A DNA stretch of 64,000 bases from Lysobacterales bacterium (GCA_015655335.1 JAATFF010000120.1:385-64384), one strand, 5' to 3'. Shown: positions 1-10,528, counted from the first letter of the stretch. The notes: generated from the letters alone by a model not told the origin. Numbers and translations are program-made.

Positions 1-1
1 G

Positions 2-988
2 CCGGAAAATCAAATCGAAAATCCGAACGCGCAGACCGGCACCAACAACTGGTGGGTGCAGGATGGTTACAGCGGCGGCTCCTACGTCAACTGCGCGGAT
101 GACACGCAGCCTGGCGTGGCTTCGGTGCGCAGCTACCTGAAGAGCTTGCCGTACCACACCTTCCGCGGCACGGATTGCAAAGCGGGCGCGTATTACCTGG
201 TCAACAACTACAACCCAGGCTACCTGGGCGACGGTACGGCCGCTCCGTTGGGCGCTGACTTGTTCACGATTCCGCCGACCAAGCAGCAGAATCTCGCGCT
301 CTTGCTAAACCGTCACAACGTAAGCTGGAAGTACTACGGCGAAGGTTTTGCCAACGGCACGGAAGCGGGCGAAGCCGGTACCTTCTGCAACATCTGCGAT
401 CCGTTCTTGTATTCCACGCAGGTCATGACCAATCCGACCCTGCGCGCGAACAACCAGGACATCAACAACCTGTACACCGATATCCAGAACGGTACGCTGC
501 CGGCGGTCTCCATCGCCAAGCCAGACGGACTGCTGGACGGCCATCCGGCCTCGTCGAAGCTGGAACTGTTCGAAGGCTATGTACAGAAGATCGTGCAGAT
601 GGTGCAGGCCAACCCGCAGCTGTGGGACAACACGGCCATCATGGTGACGTTTGACGAAGGCGGCGGTTACTACGATTCCGGTTACGTGCAGCCGATCGAC
701 TTCTTCGGCGACGGTACGCGCATCCCGCTGCTGGTGATCTCCAAGTATTCCACCGGTGGCCACGTGGTGCACACGTACTACGACCATGTGTCCTTCGACA
801 AATTCGTCGAAGCCAACTGGGGTCTGGACGAGACCATCTCGCGTCGCAGTCGTGACAACCTGCCGAACCCGATCGCGTTCCCGAACAATCCGTATGTACC
901 GGTCAATGCGCCGGCGATCGGCGATTTGATGGACATGTTCGACTTCGGTCGCGGTGGGCAGCCTTTCACTGCTGCAACACAGAACTGA
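2..988 (+). CDS. Phosphoesterase / phospholipase C (AcpA-like) family protein, 5' truncated by window edge
   Basis: Frame is open from nt 2 (PENQIENPNAQTGTNNWWVQDG...). Motifs LPAVSI.KP...DGHP, W.NTAI.VTFDEGGGYYD, GDGTRIPLLVISKY and YDHVS are typical of the phosphoesterase family. Confidence 0.85.
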   Translation, partial: PENQIENPNAQTGTNNWWVQDGYSGGSYVNCADDTQPGVASVRSYLKSLPYHTFRGTDCKAGAYYLVNNYNPGYLGDGTAAPLGADLFTIPPTKQQNLALLLNRHNVSWKYYGEGFANGTEAGEAGTFCNICDPFLYSTQVMTNPTLRANNQDINNLYTDIQNGTLPAVSIAKPDGLLDGHPASSKLELFEGYVQKIVQMVQANPQLWDNTAIMVTFDEGGGYYDSGYVQPIDFFGDGTRIPLLVISKYSTGGHVVHTYYDHVSFDKFVEANWGLDETISRRSRDNLPNPIAFPNNPYVPVNAPAIGDLMDMFDFGRGGQPFTAATQN

Positions 989-1001
989 GTATCCTGCTGT
1001 G

Positions 1002-1042
1002 CATGCCCCGCCCGCTTCGGCGGGTGGGGCATGTTTGTTTTA
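1002..1042 (+). terminator. Rho-independent terminator
   Basis: CATGCCCCGCCCGC-TTCG-GCGGGTGGGGCATG stem followed by TTTGTTTT, just after the stop at 988. Confidence 0.85.
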
Positions 1043-1069
1043 GATTCGTCAAACCGAAAGGCACTCACG

Positions 1070-1528
1070 ATGAGCTTGTTCGCGCGATCCGTCAGTCATT
1101 TGCATCGCTGGTCCAATCCTGTTGCCGCGCTATTGTTGATTGGCGCGTCCAGCACGATCAGTTCTGGCGCGCATGCCGATCCGGCTGACTTCCAGGCCAT
1201 GCCCGGCCTTTGGAAAATCACTTTGCACACTCTCAAGGACGGTCGTCCGGGCGCGACGTCGGTGAAATGGAAATGCCTGTATGACGGCGCCGATCCGTGG
1301 GCAACCTTTGCCGATGCGATAACGCCGGCTGCCGACTGCCAGCGCAGCGATCAGCACCGCACCAGCACCGCGTTAGCCTGGAATGTGGCTTGTGGCCAGA
1401 ACAAGGGCAGCGGGCGTATCGACCTGGACTCGGCCGAGCATTACGCCGGTGGCGTTACCTTAAGCGGTCACGACGTATTGCAGGTCGAAGGCAAACGCTA
1501 CGCGGCATGTACGGGTCCGAGCGACTGA
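1070..1528 (+). CDS. DUF3617-family secreted protein
   Basis: Signal peptide ending AHA, then a PGLWKIT motif, conserved Cys residues and a GKRYAAC end. Start moved to ATG 1070 because the longer ORF overlaps the terminator. Confidence 0.65.
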   Translation: MSLFARSVSHLHRWSNPVAALLLIGASSTISSGAHADPADFQAMPGLWKITLHTLKDGRPGATSVKWKCLYDGADPWATFADAITPAADCQRSDQHRTSTALAWNVACGQNKGSGRIDLDSAEHYAGGVTLSGHDVLQVEGKRYAACTGPSD

Positions 1529-1740
1529 AAACGTTCCTGGAACGCATTTCCGTCCGCAAGAACGCGCGCCGATCGCCTACACACCCTAATCGCGTGAAAT
1601 TCACGCGCTTCCTACGCGCGTATAGCGATGTTATGCCCCGCTGAACCGTGACTGGTAAGTCCTGTCTACGTCGGACAAGCCATTCACACAGGGGCGTAAC
1701 ACTCGTGTGAGGGATTCACACGTTCTACAGGGGATACATA

Positions 1741-3087
1741 ATGCTTTTCGAAAAAGGCAGGATCATGAGTGCCGTCGCGGCGCTCGTGATGATCGCGGGT
1801 GCCGCTCATGCGGGCACCTTTCCGGACTATGGATATCAGCCACCCGCTAACTACACGGGGCCGATCTTCCAGCTAAGCCAGAACTATCCGAAAACACTCC
1901 CGGCAGGGCCACCTCCGGCCTTCTTCAAGCTGCTGCCAGCAAAGTTCACCAACGACTTCGAACAGTGGCGGCCTTACGTGGAAGCCGTAAAGAAGTACTG
2001 CTTGGAAGGTAATGTCGAAAGCGATTGGTACGTGCAAAAAAATAAAGTACGCAATTGGTACCACGCGCCGTGGCAACACTACGGCCCGCTGGGACGCGAA
2101 GGCATACACGGGCTTACCAAAGAGGCGCAAATCCAGTCCAAGCAATTGGCGCCGACACAAATCACCACGGGTCAGACATTCGCTGTCGGCATCTACAACG
2201 ATATCGGCGCTTACACCATCGGCCAGGTGTGGAAAGATCCGCAGAATCCCGATCCGAGTGTGACGTCGAAGCCGAACAGCTTTCACAACGGCACCGTGGT
2301 GTGCAAGCCGCTATTTGCCGATGTCGATCTGAAGCAGGTACCGTTCCTGGTGAATCCGGTGCTGTGGCAGGCCTATGTGACCGATAGCTTCGATTCGGCC
2401 AATCGCGAGATCAAGAACGTGGCGCTGATCCAAATGGATTTCGCTATCCGCGACACGCGCGTTCCCGGCACGGGATGGATCTTCGGAACGTTCCAATACA
2501 ACGGGCAGATGAGCAGCAAGCCAAGTTGGGACAATCTGGTACCGGTCGGCCTGATGTTGGGCAACGATCCGGAAAATATCGGCAACGACTACACCAACAA
2601 GCAGCCCACGGTGACCAAGATCAATCCGACCATCATGGAGTCGGCGATCAACGCCAAAACCTCGGAATTGCCACCGACGCATCTGGGTTGGAATGGACGT
2701 CTGGACGGCCCCGTGGATAATCCGATCAGCGCGTGCTTGAGCTGTCACATGACTGCGGAAAGTCCGCAGCTATCGCCGATGAATCCGACCTTCCAAGCGC
2801 CCGACAAGGTGCCACCAGTGGGTTCTCCGGCGTGGATGCGCTGGTTCCAGAATGAAGAGGCCGGCATCCCGTTCGATGCGGGAGCACTCAGCACGGACTT
2901 CAGTCTGCAGCTCGCGGGCGGTATCCAGAACTTCTATGACTGGAAATGCACGCAGGACGGAGTGTTCGTCCAAGGCGGCAATGCCTGTCAGCAGACGAAG
3001 AACAAGCTGAAGCTGATGAAGTCGATCACGCCGCCGGCCAAGGTGTTCAAGGTTGAGCGTGATCAGGCACTCAACGAGCTGCATTGA
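1741..3087 (+). CDS. Secreted mono-heme c protein with cytochrome P460/c'-beta-like motifs (hypothetical)
   Basis: Sec signal (AAHA|G) and RBS GGGG. Single CxxCH (CLSCH, aa 332-336). FHNGTVVCK and IRDTRVPGTGWIFGTF motifs. Confidence 0.6.
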   Translation: MLFEKGRIMSAVAALVMIAGAAHAGTFPDYGYQPPANYTGPIFQLSQNYPKTLPAGPPPAFFKLLPAKFTNDFEQWRPYVEAVKKYCLEGNVESDWYVQKNKVRNWYHAPWQHYGPLGREGIHGLTKEAQIQSKQLAPTQITTGQTFAVGIYNDIGAYTIGQVWKDPQNPDPSVTSKPNSFHNGTVVCKPLFADVDLKQVPFLVNPVLWQAYVTDSFDSANREIKNVALIQMDFAIRDTRVPGTGWIFGTFQYNGQMSSKPSWDNLVPVGLMLGNDPENIGNDYTNKQPTVTKINPTIMESAINAKTSELPPTHLGWNGRLDGPVDNPISACLSCHMTAESPQLSPMNPTFQAPDKVPPVGSPAWMRWFQNEEAGIPFDAGALSTDFSLQLAGGIQNFYDWKCTQDGVFVQGGNACQQTKNKLKLMKSITPPAKVFKVERDQALNELH

Positions 3088-3110
3088 GCTATGGGTGATC
3101 TGACGTAAGC

Positions 3111-3153
3111 GAAGCCGGACTGGATTGCATGGCAACCAGTCCGGCTTCTTTTT
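3111..3153 (+). terminator. Rho-independent terminator between convergent genes
   Basis: GAAGCCGGACTGG...CCAGTCCGGCTTC followed by TTTTT. Confidence 0.85.
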
Positions 3154-3189
3154 GGATAACGCAGCGTGCGCCTTCGGTATCCGCCTCCG

Positions 3190-6100
3190 CTAGAATTTTT
3201 TCTGCATGTTGATCAGTATCGATTGATCGTTCTGATCGCCCGCATTGATCATGTTTTCGTATTCCAGACGCAGCAGCCAGTGGTTGTTGAGCTGCCAGTT
3301 CACGCCGACACCAATCAGGAAGTGATTCTGCGTGAGCGGATCGACCTGCGCGCGATAGATCGGTCCGGCCAGCAGATCGGCGTAGGACATGGTCGCCTGG
3401 CTTGAGCCTTGGAAATCGTGCTCGTATTCCACGCGTATCTGCGGCATCACGGTGCCGTAGTCTTCCTTGATCAGATAATTCGCGCGCACGCCCAGGCTGC
3501 CGGTGGTGGTCCTTACCGTCTGATTTTGATAATTCAGCGCATAGATGTCGTCGCCCTGCTCGGTGTAACCGTTCAAGTGCGCCGAGGCGTCGTCGATGCG
3601 ACCGTAGGGCGATACCAGCACCCTATCGGTGCGGTACTCGTAACCGGCAGAGAGCGAGGCGAAAACCTGATCGCCGTTGCGATGACCATTCACCGTATTG
3701 CCATCGGTCGTAACGAACCGTCGTGCGTCGAACGATAGCCACTGATAACCGACCAGGCCATCGATGAAAGTGGACTGGCTCGGACTGAAGCTTCCATAGA
3801 GCGCGACGTTATAGCTGTCCGCATTGACATGACTGCCGTCGTTGCCGACGCTCGTGTCGTCATGGCCGTAACCCACGCCGGCGCCCAGTGCGAAGGACGA
3901 GGAGATGCGCTTGTCTACACCAGCGCTGACGCCTGCGGTGGTGAAGTCAAAACCGCTGGCGCTTGCTGTGGTGTCGCGCGAACCGAAGTTCACGGCGCCC
4001 CCTGTCCATACGGCATAGCCGTTCGGTAGCACGGACGTTGAAGTCGCGGTGGGATTGGCCGGCGCCTGCGGTTGTTGCAGATAACGGCGATTGAGTGCGT
4101 CCGGTGTGTTCTGTTGTCCATTGCCGAGCAGCGAGCTCGACGATGGACCGATCGGCTCATCGCTGTCGGACATGAAGGTCAGGCCATTTTGGAAGCCACC
4201 ATCACCGCCACCACCGCCGTGCAAACTTTCCATGCGCTGCTGGAAGTTTTCGATCTGTCCTTGCGCGAATTCGCGTGCCGCATCGGCTTCCGCACCCAGC
4301 ACGCCGATGACTTGAGCATCCTTGGACGGATCAGGGCGGCTGGCGACTACGATAGTGACTGTGCCCGGACTCGATGTTGCATACGCATTGCTGAGCGTGA
4401 ACGTGACGGTAGCAACACCGCTGAACGTTGGCGACGAGGTGAAGTTGAGCAGATAGCCGCCAGACGCTTGCGTAATGCTCACGCGACCGGCCGTCGCTGG
4501 CGAAATGCCCACAAGCGTTGCTGCCGTAAACGGTCCGCCGGCAGCACCTTGCGTCAGGTTCACCTGTACGGATCGCCCCGCTACGGAAGTGACGTTCTGC
4601 GAGGTGATAATCGGCAGTGGATCGACGGTCACGGTCACCGTCACGGGCAACGACGCGCCGAATGCATTACTCAGCGTGTACGTGAAGCTGATCTGGCCGG
4701 ATGCATTTTGCGCAGCGCTGTAACTGATGGATGTCCCCGTCACGCTCGCTGTGCCCGTTGCAGGCGCCTTGACGATGGTGACGGCAGTGAACGGTCCACC
4801 CGTTGCGCCGTTCGCCGCATTGATCGTCACCGTGTTGCCCCCGACCACCGTTGCCGTTTGCGCGGCGACGGTGGGCACCGCAAGCGGTGTCACGGTAATG
4901 GTCACGGTAGCCGACGCCGATGTTCCACCTGGACCGGTTGCGATATACGTCAATGTATCGGTGCCGAAGAAATCATGCGTCGGCGTGTACACGATCGCCA
5001 CGCCGCTCAATGTCGCGGTGCCGTGGGTCGGTGACGTACCGATGGCGATGCTGGTGATGGGACCCGTGTCGACCGAGGTCACATTGATCGTCACCGCCTG
5101 ATTCGACGGCGTCGTCGCCGTGTCGTTCACCGCAATCGGTTTGGGTTGCTGCGTACTGATCGTGTACGACTGCGCGCCGGAGAAGTTCAGGCCATCCTTT
5201 ACGGTCACAGTAAAGCTATAAGTGCCGGCAGCAGTCGGTGTACCGGATAACAAACCAGCGGCGCTCAAGGTAAGGCCAGTAGGCAATGCGCCCGTGCTGA
5301 CCGTGTAGCTGTAACTGCCATTGCCACCGGAAGCCGTAAGCTGCTGACTGTAAGCGGCGGCCACTTGTGCACCAGGCAGCGTGCTTGGACTTATGGCGAT
5401 GCTCGGTGCGTTGACCGCCTGCGTGTAGGTACGCGTGGCCGAGAACGGCGCGCCCGCACCACTACTGCTATCGGTGGCACGCACACTGAACGAGAAGCTG
5501 CCAGCTGCGGTAGGAGTGCCTGAAAGACTGCCGGTCGCGCTGTTCAAGCTCAAACCTGGCGGCAACGCGCCACTGCTTATCGCGTAGGTATAAGGTGCTG
5601 TTCCGCCATTGGCGATAATCGCCTGCGAATAAGCGACCTCTGCGGTGGCAGCAGGAAGCGTCGCAGGATTCACGACTACGTTCGGCGCATTCACCATGAC
5701 GGTATAAGCTTGAGATCCTGTGAAACCTAAACCATCCGTAACGGTTACGGTGACGTTGAAGGTTCCTGTCGCCGTCGGCGCGCCGGCTAGCGTGCCGGCT
5801 GGGCTCAGCGACACGCCAGTCGGCAATGCGCCCGCGCTGATCGTGAACGTGTAGCTACCGTTACCGCCACTGGCGGTGAGCGTTTGCGTCACGCTCGCAG
5901 CGACTTGCTCGTTAGCCAGGCTGGCTGGCGTGATCGAGATCGCGGGCGCATTCACGTTAACGGTGTAGGCGCGTGTGGCCGTGAAAGGCGCGTTCGTCCC
6001 GGTACTGCTGTCCGTACTCTTCACGGTGAAGTTAAACGTGCCGGCTGTGCTGACCGTGCCGCTCAAAACACCGGTTGCGGCATTCAAGCTTAGTCCCGGT

Positions 6101-9100
6101 GGCAATGCGCCAGCGCTGATTGTGTATTGATATGGCGCGGTACCGCCGGATGTGCTGAAGGTTTGGCTATAGGCCGTTTCGGCGTTGGCTGCCGGCAAGA
6201 TTGCCGGACTCAAAACGGGCGTCGCCACAGCGATATTGATGGTGTACGACTGCGTGCCTGTCACACCGTTGCTATCGGTAGTGGTCACCGTAAAACTGAA
6301 GCTGCCTGCCGCAGTGGGCGTTCCACTTAGCGCACCCGACGAACTCAAGCTAAGTCCCGCAGGCAAATTGCCGCTGTAGGAATAGCTGTAGTTCGCTATG
6401 CCGCCGCTGGCGGCAAATTGCGTTGAGGGATAACTCACTCCCACGGCCCCGTTGGGCAACGAGCTTGGCGTGATCGTTATCGTTCCCGCAGTGACGAGGA
6501 GCGTATAGTTCTGCGGAGAACTGGTGAACGGTCCGCTACCCGTGCTGTGATCCGTCGCACTGACGGTGAACGGAAAGCTGCCTGACTGTGTCGGTGTACC
6601 CGAAAGCGTGGCTGTTGCGGCGTTCCAGGTGACGCCGTTGGGTAGCGCACCCGTTTCGGCGAAGGTATAAGGCCCGGTGCCCCCGCTTGCCGAAAAAGTC
6701 TGGCTATACGCATGACCGTAAGCAGCATTCAGCGTTGTACCGGCGGGTGCAACACTTATCGTCGGCACACCCACCGTGGCGCTGTAAACGCGCGTCGTCG
6801 TATAGGGCGCGCCGCTGCCAGTACTGCTGTCCTGCGCTTGCACGGTGAAGCTGTAAGGCCCCGCACCGGTAGGCGTGCCCGACAATGTACCGTTGCTGGC
6901 CAGGGTGATGCCGGGCGGCAGGCTGCCCGACACCACGGAATAGCTATAAGGACTGGTGCCACCGCTCGCCGTAATCGTTTGTGAAAAGGCAATGCCGTCC
7001 GTCATGGCGTTGAGGCTGGCGGGACTGATAGTGATCGACGCATTGCTGACCGTCACCGTATACGCCTGGCTTCCCGTATTCGCGTTGCTGTCGGTTGCCG
7101 TCACGGTGAACGAGAAACTTCCGCCGCCTGTGGGGGTGCCCGACAACACGCCGGAGGAACTCAACGTCATCCCGGACGGTAACGTCCCGGCGGAGACAGC
7201 GTAGGTATAAGGAGCACTGCCGCCGCTGGCGCTCAGGGTTTGGCTTGCAGCTACACCGACTTGCTCATTGACCAACGATGGGGGGCTCAGCACGATGTTG
7301 GGTGCGCTCACGTTCACCGTGTAATTGACCGTTCCGGTATACGGGCCGGTTCCACCCGACGAATCGGTGGCAACGACGGAAAACGCATAGCTGCCACTGC
7401 TGGTCGGCGCACCGCTGATTACGCCGTTGTTGAGGTTAAGCCCGGGCGGCAAGGAGCCGCTTGCAAGCGAGTATGTATAAGGTGCCGTGCCGCCTTGCGC
7501 AGTGACGGCCTGAGAGTACGCGGCATGCAACGTCGCGGCCGGCAAATTTGCGGGCGATAGCGTGATGCTCGGTACACCCATGCTCGGCGTATAGGTCTGC
7601 GTCGCGGAGTTGTTCTCGCTGTCGGTCACCTTCACCGTTATGGAACTGCTGCCACCGGCAGTCGGTGTGCCCGAAAGCACACCACCGGAGCTCAACGTCA
7701 AGCCGGGTATGCCGCCCGATGACACCGAAAAGGTATAAGGCGGCACACCGCTTGTGGCGGTGATGGTCTGGCTATATGCGGTGCCAACAGTTCCCGCCGG
7801 CAGCGATGCGGTGGAGATCGTTGGAACATTGGGATCGATTTTGAACGTGTAGCTTTGCGTTCCGTTATACGGACCTGGGCTCGGACTGCTGTCAGTGGCT
7901 TTGACCACGAAGTTGTAAGAGCCTGCGGTATTCATCGTTCCGCTCAGCACGCCACTGCTGCTCAGCGTTAGTCCTGCAGGTAGGGCGCCGCTGGATAGAG
8001 AGAAGGTATAGCTGCCAGGCGCGCCGCCGCTCGCCGTTAATTGCTGGCTGTAGGCCACGTACTGCTTGGCATCTGGCAACGACGTTGGTGCGAGCACGAT
8101 ATTCGGCGGATCGATAACGAACGTGTAGTTGACACGCTCACTGTTGCCCGCACTATCGGACACATTGACGGTGTAGGTAAACGTGCCTATTTGGGACGGT
8201 GTGCCGGAGAACATCCCATTATTGAAATTTACACCTGGCGGCAAACTGCCGGTATTGCCATAGGTGTACGTATAGGGCGCAGTGCCCCCACTCGCGCTCA
8301 TCGTAAGCGAATACGGGGCGTATAGATTTCCGGAAGGTGCTGCCGCTGGCGACACTGAAAGAACACCGCCATTGATCACCAGCGTGTACGTCTGAGGGCC
8401 GATGTTCTCATGGCTATCTTCGGCAGTAAGGGTAAAGGTGAACGAGCACGCCTGAGTGGGTGTTCCGGAGATAGTGAAAGTGTTGCTGGTGCTGCTCTCG
8501 TTCAGGCCAGTAGGAAGGTTTCCCGTTTCTATGTTGAAGGTGTAACCGCCGCCGTCGCCACCGCTGACCGTAAAGGTCTGCGAATACGCGCTGTTCAGCG
8601 CACCGGCAGGCGTGGATGTGGGAGTGAACGTGATGGGCGGATAAGTCGTCGCTCCGATGGTGATGTTGACGGTGATTGTTTCATTCTCATCGTCCAAGAA
8701 CGTAAACTGGTCGGTAGTGCCGGTACCATTGTTGGTGTAGATGATGGTGTCGGACTCGCCAGTACTTACGGCCGTGCCATGACTAGGCGTGCTGACGTTT
8801 GTTGCGCCTTCTGGAGAGCAACTTACGTCGATGGTTGCGGTGCCGCCGGATACAACTGTTGCACTCAACGTGGGGCATTCGTTTGCACGCGCCAGCGTTG
8901 ACCACGACGCGCTGCCCGCAAGCAAAACAAGCATGGCAAGCCGCGATAATCCGATCTTGCGTGATGGATAGATCCGACTGCGGCGCGAGGATCGAATCGG
9001 CTCAGCGCGCTTGACGAAAATGGCGAACCACGACGCAAAAAAGATATGCATCAAGCGACAGAATGCTTTGGCAAGCACGCCATCACGCGCAACTATGTCG

Positions 9101-9132
9101 TTCAACATGACAACCCCCTGTCCCTTTTGCAC
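3190..9132 (-). CDS. Large autotransporter adhesin with ~13 putative-Ig (He_PIG) repeats, Big_9/cadherin-like domains and a C-terminal beta-barrel
   Basis: Repeated G.LP.G(L/V)...LSGTPT..G.F.FTV..TD units and Ser/Thr/Gly-rich passenger. C-terminal barrel (GVSAGVDKRI, GAGVGYG, terminal Phe). The true start is probably downstream of 9132, before the signal-like MLVLLAGSASWSTLARA. Confidence 0.9.
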   Translation of the reverse strand: MQKGQGVVMLNDIVARDGVLAKAFCRLMHIFFASWFAIFVKRAEPIRSSRRSRIYPSRKIGLSRLAMLVLLAGSASWSTLARANECPTLSATVVSGGTATIDVSCSPEGATNVSTPSHGTAVSTGESDTIIYTNNGTGTTDQFTFLDDENETITVNITIGATTYPPITFTPTSTPAGALNSAYSQTFTVSGGDGGGYTFNIETGNLPTGLNESSTSNTFTISGTPTQACSFTFTLTAEDSHENIGPQTYTLVINGGVLSVSPAAAPSGNLYAPYSLTMSASGGTAPYTYTYGNTGSLPPGVNFNNGMFSGTPSQIGTFTYTVNVSDSAGNSERVNYTFVIDPPNIVLAPTSLPDAKQYVAYSQQLTASGGAPGSYTFSLSSGALPAGLTLSSSGVLSGTMNTAGSYNFVVKATDSSPSPGPYNGTQSYTFKIDPNVPTISTASLPAGTVGTAYSQTITATSGVPPYTFSVSSGGIPGLTLSSGGVLSGTPTAGGSSSITVKVTDSENNSATQTYTPSMGVPSITLSPANLPAATLHAAYSQAVTAQGGTAPYTYSLASGSLPPGLNLNNGVISGAPTSSGSYAFSVVATDSSGGTGPYTGTVNYTVNVSAPNIVLSPPSLVNEQVGVAASQTLSASGGSAPYTYAVSAGTLPSGMTLSSSGVLSGTPTGGGSFSFTVTATDSNANTGSQAYTVTVSNASITISPASLNAMTDGIAFSQTITASGGTSPYSYSVVSGSLPPGITLASNGTLSGTPTGAGPYSFTVQAQDSSTGSGAPYTTTRVYSATVGVPTISVAPAGTTLNAAYGHAYSQTFSASGGTGPYTFAETGALPNGVTWNAATATLSGTPTQSGSFPFTVSATDHSTGSGPFTSSPQNYTLLVTAGTITITPSSLPNGAVGVSYPSTQFAASGGIANYSYSYSGNLPAGLSLSSSGALSGTPTAAGSFSFTVTTTDSNGVTGTQSYTINIAVATPVLSPAILPAANAETAYSQTFSTSGGTAPYQYTISAGALPPGLSLNAATGVLSGTVSTAGTFNFTVKSTDSSTGTNAPFTATRAYTVNVNAPAISITPASLANEQVAASVTQTLTASGGNGSYTFTISAGALPTGVSLSPAGTLAGAPTATGTFNVTVTVTDGLGFTGSQAYTVMVNAPNVVVNPATLPAATAEVAYSQAIIANGGTAPYTYAISSGALPPGLSLNSATGSLSGTPTAAGSFSFSVRATDSSSGAGAPFSATRTYTQAVNAPSIAISPSTLPGAQVAAAYSQQLTASGGNGSYSYTVSTGALPTGLTLSAAGLLSGTPTAAGTYSFTVTVKDGLNFSGAQSYTISTQQPKPIAVNDTATTPSNQAVTINVTSVDTGPITSIAIGTSPTHGTATLSGVAIVYTPTHDFFGTDTLTYIATGPGGTSASATVTITVTPLAVPTVAAQTATVVGGNTVTINAANGATGGPFTAVTIVKAPATGTASVTGTSISYSAAQNASGQISFTYTLSNAFGASLPVTVTVTVDPLPIITSQNVTSVAGRSVQVNLTQGAAGGPFTAATLVGISPATAGRVSITQASGGYLLNFTSSPTFSGVATVTFTLSNAYATSSPGTVTIVVASRPDPSKDAQVIGVLGAEADAAREFAQGQIENFQQRMESLHGGGGGDGGFQNGLTFMSDSDEPIGPSSSSLLGNGQQNTPDALNRRYLQQPQAPANPTATSTSVLPNGYAVWTGGAVNFGSRDTTASASGFDFTTAGVSAGVDKRISSSFALGAGVGYGHDDTSVGNDGSHVNADSYNVALYGSFSPSQSTFIDGLVGYQWLSFDARRFVTTDGNTVNGHRNGDQVFASLSAGYEYRTDRVLVSPYGRIDDASAHLNGYTEQGDDIYALNYQNQTVRTTTGSLGVRANYLIKEDYGTVMPQIRVEYEHDFQGSSQATMSYADLLAGPIYRAQVDPLTQNHFLIGVGVNWQLNNHWLLRLEYENMINAGDQNDQSILINMQKKF

Positions 9133-9429
9133 AGCGAAGCCGAGCCACCATTGCGGTCGCCGGCTTCTTTCGTCAGAGGGTGCAAATACGCAGAGGCGTT
9201 AGTCCATAACGCCCCCCCAAATGAAGTGCCTCACCCCCTGAGACCCCTGTTCTTTCGCGCAACATTATGAACAAGAACGGCGCCTGTTTAACAGTGCCAT
9301 CGGCGCCAGGTAAGTGTGAAGGAAATGTGACGACACAAACTCTTCACTTGTAAGTTTTTCTCACCTGATGGAGAGTAACGAAACGCATTCATCGTGCGTC
9401 GCGTTATCACCATCCAGGGGGAAGGGACG

Positions 9430-9960
9430 ATGGCAGAGGTCTATCTCGGGCAGATCATGCTCACGGGATTCGGTTTTGTGCCCAGGGGCTTTGCAGCCTG
9501 CAATGGGCAGCTACTACCGGTCAGTCAATACCAGGCACTTTTTTCGTTGCTCGGCACGCAATATGGCGGCGACGGAATCAGGACCTTCGCATTACCCAAT
9601 CTGCAAGGGCGTACGCCGACCGGTGCCGGAAGATCCGCAGATCCGGCTTGGCAGCCGTCTCCGTACGGGCTTGGCGAAGTGGGTGGTGTTGAAAATGTCA
9701 CGCTGCTACAGCAGAACATGCCCACGCATCTTCATGGCGCCGCAGGTACGACGACAACCGGCGCGGTAAAGAATCCCACCAATGCGTTGTATGGCAACTC
9801 CGGATCGGAGCCGATCTACGCCACGCCAGGAGCACAGGTGGTGTTGAATGCGCAGACGCTGAGTTCGGCAGGTGGCGGTCTGCCGCACCCGAACATGCAG
9901 CCGTTCCGCGTCATCAATTTCAACATCTCGCTTTCGGGCGTTTATCCATCGCGTTCTTGA
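9430..9960 (+). CDS. Phage tail-collar domain protein (microcystin-dependent protein-like), paralog 1
   Basis: YLGQI...F.FVPRGFAACNGQLL, LFSLLGT.YGGDG..TFALP.LQGR, PH.NMQPF..INF.I.L.G.YPS. RBS GAAGGGA before ATG 9430. Confidence 0.9.
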   Translation: MAEVYLGQIMLTGFGFVPRGFAACNGQLLPVSQYQALFSLLGTQYGGDGIRTFALPNLQGRTPTGAGRSADPAWQPSPYGLGEVGGVENVTLLQQNMPTHLHGAAGTTTTGAVKNPTNALYGNSGSEPIYATPGAQVVLNAQTLSSAGGGLPHPNMQPFRVINFNISLSGVYPSRS

Positions 9961-9997
9961 TCGCCCCGCCTCTCTAAAGCTTGTCACGGAGCCTGCT

Positions 9998-10528
9998 ATG
10001 TCCGCACCTTTTGTTGGAGAAATCCGGCTGTTTGCTTTTCCGCGCATTCCAACTGGTTGGCTTGCCTGCGATGGCAGCTTGCAGTCGATTAGCAATTACG
10101 ACGTGCTCTACACGTTGCTGGGCACCACGTATGGCGGTGATGGTGTATCGACTTTCGGATTGCCCGATTTGCGCGGGCAGTTGCCCGTTGATCAAGGTGC
10201 TGGCCAGGGCCTGACGCCACGCGTGCTTGGACAATTCGGCGGCAGCGAGGCCATCACGCTGCAAACGAACAATTTGCCCGCGCACACGCACCCTTATGTG
10301 GCCACCCTGGCGGCCGCGTCAGCCAAAGCGCCTTCCAACACGGTCGAATTGGGCGCGTTGAACAGCGACCAAATGTACACGACGGATGTCACAGGGTTGC
10401 GCAGTCTTCCCACATCGTCGCAAGCGGTCACTGCTACGGGGGGCAGCCAGCCGCACGAGAATACGATGCCGACACTAACCGTCTCCTTCTGCATTGCATG
10501 GGCAGGCATTTTCCCTTCGCAGGGCTGA
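9998..10528 (+). CDS. Phage tail-collar domain protein, paralog 2
   Basis: PFVGEIRLFAF...P.GWLACDG, LLGTTYGGDG..TFGLPDLRG, PHENTMP. RBS GGAG before ATG 9998. Confidence 0.9.
   Translation: MSAPFVGEIRLFAFPRIPTGWLACDGSLQSISNYDVLYTLLGTTYGGDGVSTFGLPDLRGQLPVDQGAGQGLTPRVLGQFGGSEAITLQTNNLPAHTHPYVATLAAASAKAPSNTVELGALNSDQMYTTDVTGLRSLPTSSQAVTATGGSQPHENTMPTLTVSFCIAWAGIFPSQG

Noticed and set aside
1706-1720. CRP/Clp site
   Set aside because: The TGTGA-TCACA spacer is 5 bp rather than the canonical 6.
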